In this document: positions 16,472 through 20,000 of the stretch, piece after piece
How the letters are laid out: the number at the start of each line of letters is the position of its first letter
How positions within the stretch are numbered: position 1 is the first letter of the stretch
Virus record (IMG/VR): IMGVR_UViG_3300042569_001792
DNA: 20,000 bases
Origin: an uncultured virus (IMG/VR IMGVR_UViG_3300042569_001792)
Lineage: Duplodnaviria > Heunggongvirae > Uroviricota > Caudoviricetes
Strand: one strand, 5' to 3'
Made by a program: the position numbers and the translations under genes
The notes under the pieces: generated by a model
What the model was told of the DNA's origin: nothing
The model's input: only the letters and a program-made list of their open reading frames with translations
Databases searched by the model: none

Positions 16472-16688
16472 GAAGGGGAAGCTAGGCGAGTTTTCAAAAA
16501 TTAAGGAAGAATTTGAGGAATTAGAAGACGCAATTAACCAAGGCAATAAGGTTCTAGCTATTTGCGAATTGTGCGATCTTGTCGGAGCGATAAAACATTA
16601 CGGAGAAAAAATAGGAATATCTCTTGACGATATGGTCAAAATGATGTATGCTACGGAAAGAGCGTTCCTTTCAGGAAGTAGGAAATAA
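16446..16688 (+). CDS. MazG/HisE-like all-alpha NTP pyrophosphohydrolase
   Basis: SKIKEEFEELEDA...ELCDLVGAI (EExxE...ExxD). Confidence 0.7.
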   Translation: MSYHTRKIEKGKLGEFSKIKEEFEELEDAINQGNKVLAICELCDLVGAIKHYGEKIGISLDDMVKMMYATERAFLSGSRK

Positions 16689-16694
16689 CACTTT

Positions 16695-17477
16695 ATGACA
16701 TTGGAAAACCTTATTTACGAGTCTATACTATATTATCCAGGTTTGTTTTATTATCCAGATATAAAGACAAGTAGGATTGCGGTACTGAAACATTACTTTC
16801 TAACTCTTGGGAGCGGATTTGAATTTAATGAAAATGGGGAGTTGGAAAGAACACCTTCAAATAAAATAGACAATATTATTAAAGTAGACAATCTAAAAGA
16901 GAGAATCGACAGAGGCGAAAAGATTGTTCAAGTTTTCGAGAAAAAAAGCTTTAAGGTTAAAGATATTTTCTTTTTGACTGATTTAAAAGAAGGTTATATA
17001 GATAATTTGCCGGAAAATTACAAAGCAGAAATTTTTCCAGATGAAAATAGTGAAAGAAATGATCTCACCCCGTATCCATTTTATCTGTATTATTGTGAGT
17101 TTGTAAGAGTAAATCCACATTTTAAAAAATACACATACGATACTATCTCCAATATGACAGTTGAAGAATTGTCGGAAAGTAAGAATTTTATAAAACCTGA
17201 TTGCATAGAGGGTATTGTAGAAGTGTATCAGTGGGCGCATGATTGGTTTAATTCCACAAAGTATGATAATGATAGCTATTACAATCCTAAATGCTGGACA
17301 AATTCAAATGAATTAGAGGTGTATTCAGACTCGGATAAATTAGAAAGATTATCGAAATTTTCATTGCCAGAAGATATGATAGATAGCTCGGTAGAGGAGG
17401 TTAGAAAATTTCTTTCAAATAGAAGTCGGATGAGGTTTGTAAATAACTGCGTAAAAATAATAGAAGCATTTAAATGA
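16695..17477 (+). CDS. Hypothetical phage protein
   Basis: 260-aa ORF; no recognised motif. Confidence 0.75.
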   Translation: MTLENLIYESILYYPGLFYYPDIKTSRIAVLKHYFLTLGSGFEFNENGELERTPSNKIDNIIKVDNLKERIDRGEKIVQVFEKKSFKVKDIFFLTDLKEGYIDNLPENYKAEIFPDENSERNDLTPYPFYLYYCEFVRVNPHFKKYTYDTISNMTVEELSESKNFIKPDCIEGIVEVYQWAHDWFNSTKYDNDSYYNPKCWTNSNELEVYSDSDKLERLSKFSLPEDMIDSSVEEVRKFLSNRSRMRFVNNCVKIIEAFK

Positions 17478-17884
17478 AACTTTTTAAAACTGTTAAAGAA
17501 ATCAAATCTAGGAATGGCGAACTATATTTTCGTAGATTTGCTATTTTTGAAATCCCTAATATAATGAGTCTATATATCCACACGATATATAAGGCCGATA
17601 AAGATCCTTATCTACATACACATCCATGGAATTTCTGCGGTGTTATTCTAAAAGGAAAATATATAGAGAAAACAGATCGTGGGTTTAATCTTAAATCCCC
17701 CGGCTCAATCGGAATTGCTGGCAGGGATTACTGCCATAAAATCGAAGAAATTATAGAAGGTCCGGTGACTTCCCTTTTCTTTGTTTGGGGAAAATATAAG
17801 ACCTGGTTTTATTCACTTGGTAAAATTGGCAATGAGGAATACCGAAGGACTAAAAACAAGAACGATATTGATTATCAGCTATAA
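17474..17884 (+). CDS. Cupin-fold (double-stranded beta-helix) metalloprotein
   Basis: LHTHPWNFCGVILKGKYIE...CHKI gives an HxH...E...H pattern. Confidence 0.75.
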   Translation: MKLFKTVKEIKSRNGELYFRRFAIFEIPNIMSLYIHTIYKADKDPYLHTHPWNFCGVILKGKYIEKTDRGFNLKSPGSIGIAGRDYCHKIEEIIEGPVTSLFFVWGKYKTWFYSLGKIGNEEYRRTKNKNDIDYQL

Positions 17885-17900
17885 TTTTCTAAAAATCTCC

Positions 17901-17928
17901 TTGACTTTCTCTGATTCTGTAGTATAAT
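17901..17928 (+). promoter_or_regulatory. Sigma70-type promoter, leaderless
   Basis: TTGACT (17901-17906), 16 nt, TATAAT (17923-17928); ATG at 17935. Confidence 0.85.
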
Positions 17929-17934
17929 AAAAAC

Positions 17935-18138
17935 ATGAAGGTGAGCGACGAATACTGTGATAAGTGCGGCAAAACAAGACTTTTTCAAAATTCTAAATGT
18001 GTCGGCTGTAAAGAAAGAGAAAAGAAAAGAGAGGAAATTATTTGGGAGAATTCTTCATTAGAAGATAAGATTCAAGTTCTCTCCCAAAAAATAAAAGAGT
18101 TGGAGCTAAGAATAGCTGCTATAACAGCAACTTATTGA
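17935..18138 (+). CDS. Small Zn-ribbon plus coiled-coil protein
   Basis: CDKC...CVGC followed by a heptad-like region. Confidence 0.65.
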   Translation: MKVSDEYCDKCGKTRLFQNSKCVGCKEREKKREEIIWENSSLEDKIQVLSQKIKELELRIAAITATY

Positions 18139-18148
18139 AAGGTAAAGC

Positions 18149-18502
18149 ATGAAAAAGCCGGTACAACCGCAAGAATATACATGGGATTTAATGGAAGAGA
18201 GTGAGGAGGTTATTTTAAGTGATTATCCTTATGATGTAGGAAACGCCTCTGAATTTACTGAAATTCAAATTTTCGATGATCGCGGCAACAATATTGATAA
18301 AGTAACTATAAGTAAATCGAAGTATAAAAAAGTTAGGAATCCGAACTTTGAGGAAGAGAATGAAATTTATCTAAAAGCAATGGAGGTCTATGAAGGGGAA
18401 AATGCAAGGAGGTATCAAAAGTCGCTTGAAACAAAAATCAAAAACGCTAATGCAAAATTAGCGAAACTGCAAAGATCAAAAGGATTAAAAGGATTGAATT
18501 GA
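18149..18502 (+). CDS. Hypothetical protein
   Basis: 117-aa ORF. Confidence 0.7.
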   Translation: MKKPVQPQEYTWDLMEESEEVILSDYPYDVGNASEFTEIQIFDDRGNNIDKVTISKSKYKKVRNPNFEEENEIYLKAMEVYEGENARRYQKSLETKIKNANAKLAKLQRSKGLKGLN

Positions 18503-18528
18503 ATATTGTTCCATAGTTCATATACGGC

Positions 18529-18900
18529 ATGAAAATAAAACTCGCAAAATGTTGGGATAATTCCGCCTCTTCAACGGCAATGACCGCTTATAATCTAGGA
18601 ATGCTTCGTGTTGCGGCTGAAACAGAGAGTGTTATGTATATTCTAGCTAAGATTAATGAAATTTACGCCGGGGCTAAAAAAGACAATAAAACTGGTGGTG
18701 TGTACGCAATCCAATTAAAACTCCTTATTGACGATGTTGTGTATAAGCTACTTAGATTAGGTGTTTGTAAGTCTGATTTTAAAGGTTGGCCCACTATACA
18801 TGGTCCCAGGGCTGATAGATATATCCCTGATATTAGGACTATTAAGATTGAACGAGTTCATCTCATTAAGGCTCTAACTCCTACTCGTTATCTTCATTAA
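18529..18900 (+). CDS. Hypothetical protein
   Basis: 123-aa ORF. Confidence 0.6.
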   Translation: MKIKLAKCWDNSASSTAMTAYNLGMLRVAAETESVMYILAKINEIYAGAKKDNKTGGVYAIQLKLLIDDVVYKLLRLGVCKSDFKGWPTIHGPRADRYIPDIRTIKIERVHLIKALTPTRYLH

Positions 18901-19134
18901 ATGAGCAAATTACCATTAAAACTTCAGTTACAATGCTGGAAATCGGCGGGAATGTTTTTCGCTATGTACTCAAATCCTAAAAATAGAGGGCCTAATTTTA
19001 CTTGGGAGAATTTATCAAAAACAATTTCTAATTTAGCTACTTTGAATATTAACCCGCCAGAAAAACATAAAAAAGAAGTCAAAAAAGAAGTAGAGAGGAT
19101 ACTATCTTTTTTAGTGGAGGAAGCGACTGATTAA
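18901..19134 (+). CDS. Hypothetical protein
   Basis: 77-aa ORF abutting the previous stop codon. Confidence 0.6.
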   Translation: MSKLPLKLQLQCWKSAGMFFAMYSNPKNRGPNFTWENLSKTISNLATLNINPPEKHKKEVKKEVERILSFLVEEATD

Positions 19135-19144
19135 ATTTAAATAT

Positions 19145-19216
19145 TGTTTCGTAGCTTAATTAGAGCGATCCTCCGTTAAGGGATAGGTGTAAGTTTAAAT
19201 CTTACCGGAACAGCCA
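19145..19216 (+). tRNA. trnN: tRNA-Asn(GTT) #2, non-canonical
   Basis: TGTTTCG/CGGAACA-G-CCA; anticodon arm ATCCT-CCGTTAA-GGGAT; T-arm GTAAG-TTTAAAT-CTTAC; short D-loop without GG. Confidence 0.78.
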
Positions 19217-19240
19217 ATTTTAAGTGTAAGTATTTAACAT

Positions 19241-19331
19241 GGGAGATTAAGCGGGCTGGGCTTGCCTCTGTCTTGAAAACAGGTGGATCGAATAGTATTC
19301 GGTTGGGGTTCGATTCCTCAGTCTCCCGCCA
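19241..19331 (+). tRNA. trnS: tRNA-Ser(TGA), probable 8/4 structure
   Basis: GGGAGATT/AGTCTCCC-G-CCA; anticodon arm TCTGT-CTTGAAA-ACAGG; long variable arm ATCGAAT-AGT-ATTCGGT; T-loop TTCGATT. Confidence 0.88.
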
Positions 19332-19339
19332 ATTTCAAT

Positions 19340-19483
19340 ATGTCAAATTCCAAATCCCTCAGTAAAAAAGAAAAAGACTTTCTTAGACGAATAAAAAATT
19401 TGACTAAAGAGGAATTTGAACAATCTTTGTATGATGCGGGGATTATTACAAAATCAGGAAAATTAAGAAAGCCGTATAGATAA
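19340..19483 (+). CDS. Small basic hypothetical protein (47 aa; start 19340)
   Basis: MSNSKSLSKKEKDFLRRIKNLTKEEFEQSLYDAGIITKSGKLRKPYR lies between two tRNAs; the longer ORF-track start falls inside tRNA-Ser. Confidence 0.65.
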   Translation: MSNSKSLSKKEKDFLRRIKNLTKEEFEQSLYDAGIITKSGKLRKPYR

Positions 19484-19491
19484 AAAAACAA

Positions 19492-19581
19492 GGAGGAGAC
19501 ATAAATGTTGGGTTTTTATGGAGATTTGCTAAATCTCTGATCTGAAAAGGTCCGTGGGTTCGATTCCCACCTCTTCCGCCA
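19492..19581 (+). tRNA. trnS: tRNA-Ser(GCT)
   Basis: GGAGGAG/CTCTTCC-G-CCA; anticodon arm GAGAT-TTGCTAA-ATCTC; variable arm GATCT-GAAA-AGGTC; T-arm GTGGG-TTCGATT-CCCAC. Confidence 0.9.
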
Positions 19582-19593
19582 TTTTGCAAAATT

Positions 19594-20000
19594 ATGACAA
19601 AAAAACCAAAAGAACGGACAGTTGAATCTATTATAGATTATCTACCACCACGGAATTATAGTGATAATTATCCAGATAGAAGTGTTGAATATGCGGTCGC
19701 TTATGCCTTAAATAAAGCCGGTATAAAAACTTTACATTTCGGTTCTTGTGGCCCGCCAGGAAAGAAAAAAGCTCAATTCAATTCCTTTACAATTAAATGT
19801 AGTAAAAAAATAGGAGATGATATATTTCTATATGCTTTACTCCGTTTATTTAAAATACCTTTTAGCGGTGGCGCTAATTCAACGCATCAACAGGCTTCAT
19901 GGGGAAAACACGATGAAATTAGTAAAAATCCTTATGCTAACTATACCTCATTTTATTTTAGAACAGATGATTGTAGGGATTTTGCTCCAATGGTCAACGC
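19594..20000 (+). CDS. Hypothetical protein, 3'-truncated by the window edge
   Basis: Open frame MTKKPKERTVESIIDYLPPRNYSDNYPDRSVEYAVAYALNKAGIKTLHFGSCG... runs to the window end. Confidence 0.65.
   Translation, partial: MTKKPKERTVESIIDYLPPRNYSDNYPDRSVEYAVAYALNKAGIKTLHFGSCGPPGKKKAQFNSFTIKCSKKIGDDIFLYALLRLFKIPFSGGANSTHQQASWGKHDEISKNPYANYTSFYFRTDDCRDFAPMVN

Noticed and set aside
640..17240. Short minus-strand ORFs in the track (640, 1426, 2197, 3847, 3882, 6771, 8498, 9288, 11071, 11344, 15075, 15710, 16983)
   Set aside because: All are antisense shadows of better-supported + strand CDSs or RNA genes and show no motifs.
18503..18520. ATATTGTTCCATAGTTCA, resembling the start of tRNA-Asn #2
   Set aside because: The downstream sequence does not fold into a cloverleaf, and the match is too short to call.
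19241..19331. tRNA-Sec (selC)
   Set aside because: The arms look Sec-like, but the anticodon is TGA (Ser), not TCA.
19283..19339. 5' extension of ORF 19283..19483
   Set aside because: Lies inside tRNA-Ser(TGA); ATG 19340 is preferred.
1..20000. Stop-codon reassignment, as in some large phages
   Set aside because: TAA, TGA and TAG all end well-packed genes, recognisable proteins are uninterrupted, and no suppressor anticodon is seen. The Ser tRNA anticodon TGA reads UCA codons, not a stop.
1..20000. CRISPR array or long tandem DNA repeats
   Set aside because: No regularly spaced direct repeats were seen by eye; the recurring motifs are promoters and tRNA arms.

Overview
AT-rich, gene-dense window, almost entirely + strand, read with the standard genetic code. 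It is most consistent with a large (jumbo-type) phage genome; this is an inference, as no structural genes are in view. It holds a concentrated translation-support set: SmpB, a tmRNA with an unusually long (~38 aa) tag ending in ...AYALV, seven tRNA genes (several structurally non-canonical, one probably 8/4 tRNA-Ser), a minimal TilS, a divergent peptide deformylase, a stand-alone class II aaRS-like core, a Pol-beta-type nucleotidyltransferase and a Zn-deaminase. It also encodes UvsE, a RuvB-like ATPase, a class I glutamine amidotransferase, a Cys phosphatase, a cupin, a secreted PEP-CTERM protein, and an antisense HNH endonuclease in the tRNA cluster next to a tRNA 3'-half remnant. Nine sigma70-type promoters share a 16-bp spacer, and five of them appear to give leaderless mRNAs. 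A second motif (GTGTA) precedes several RNA genes and CDSs. Two families of tandem paralogous unknown proteins are present. All calls come from motif recognition by eye; no database searches were run.
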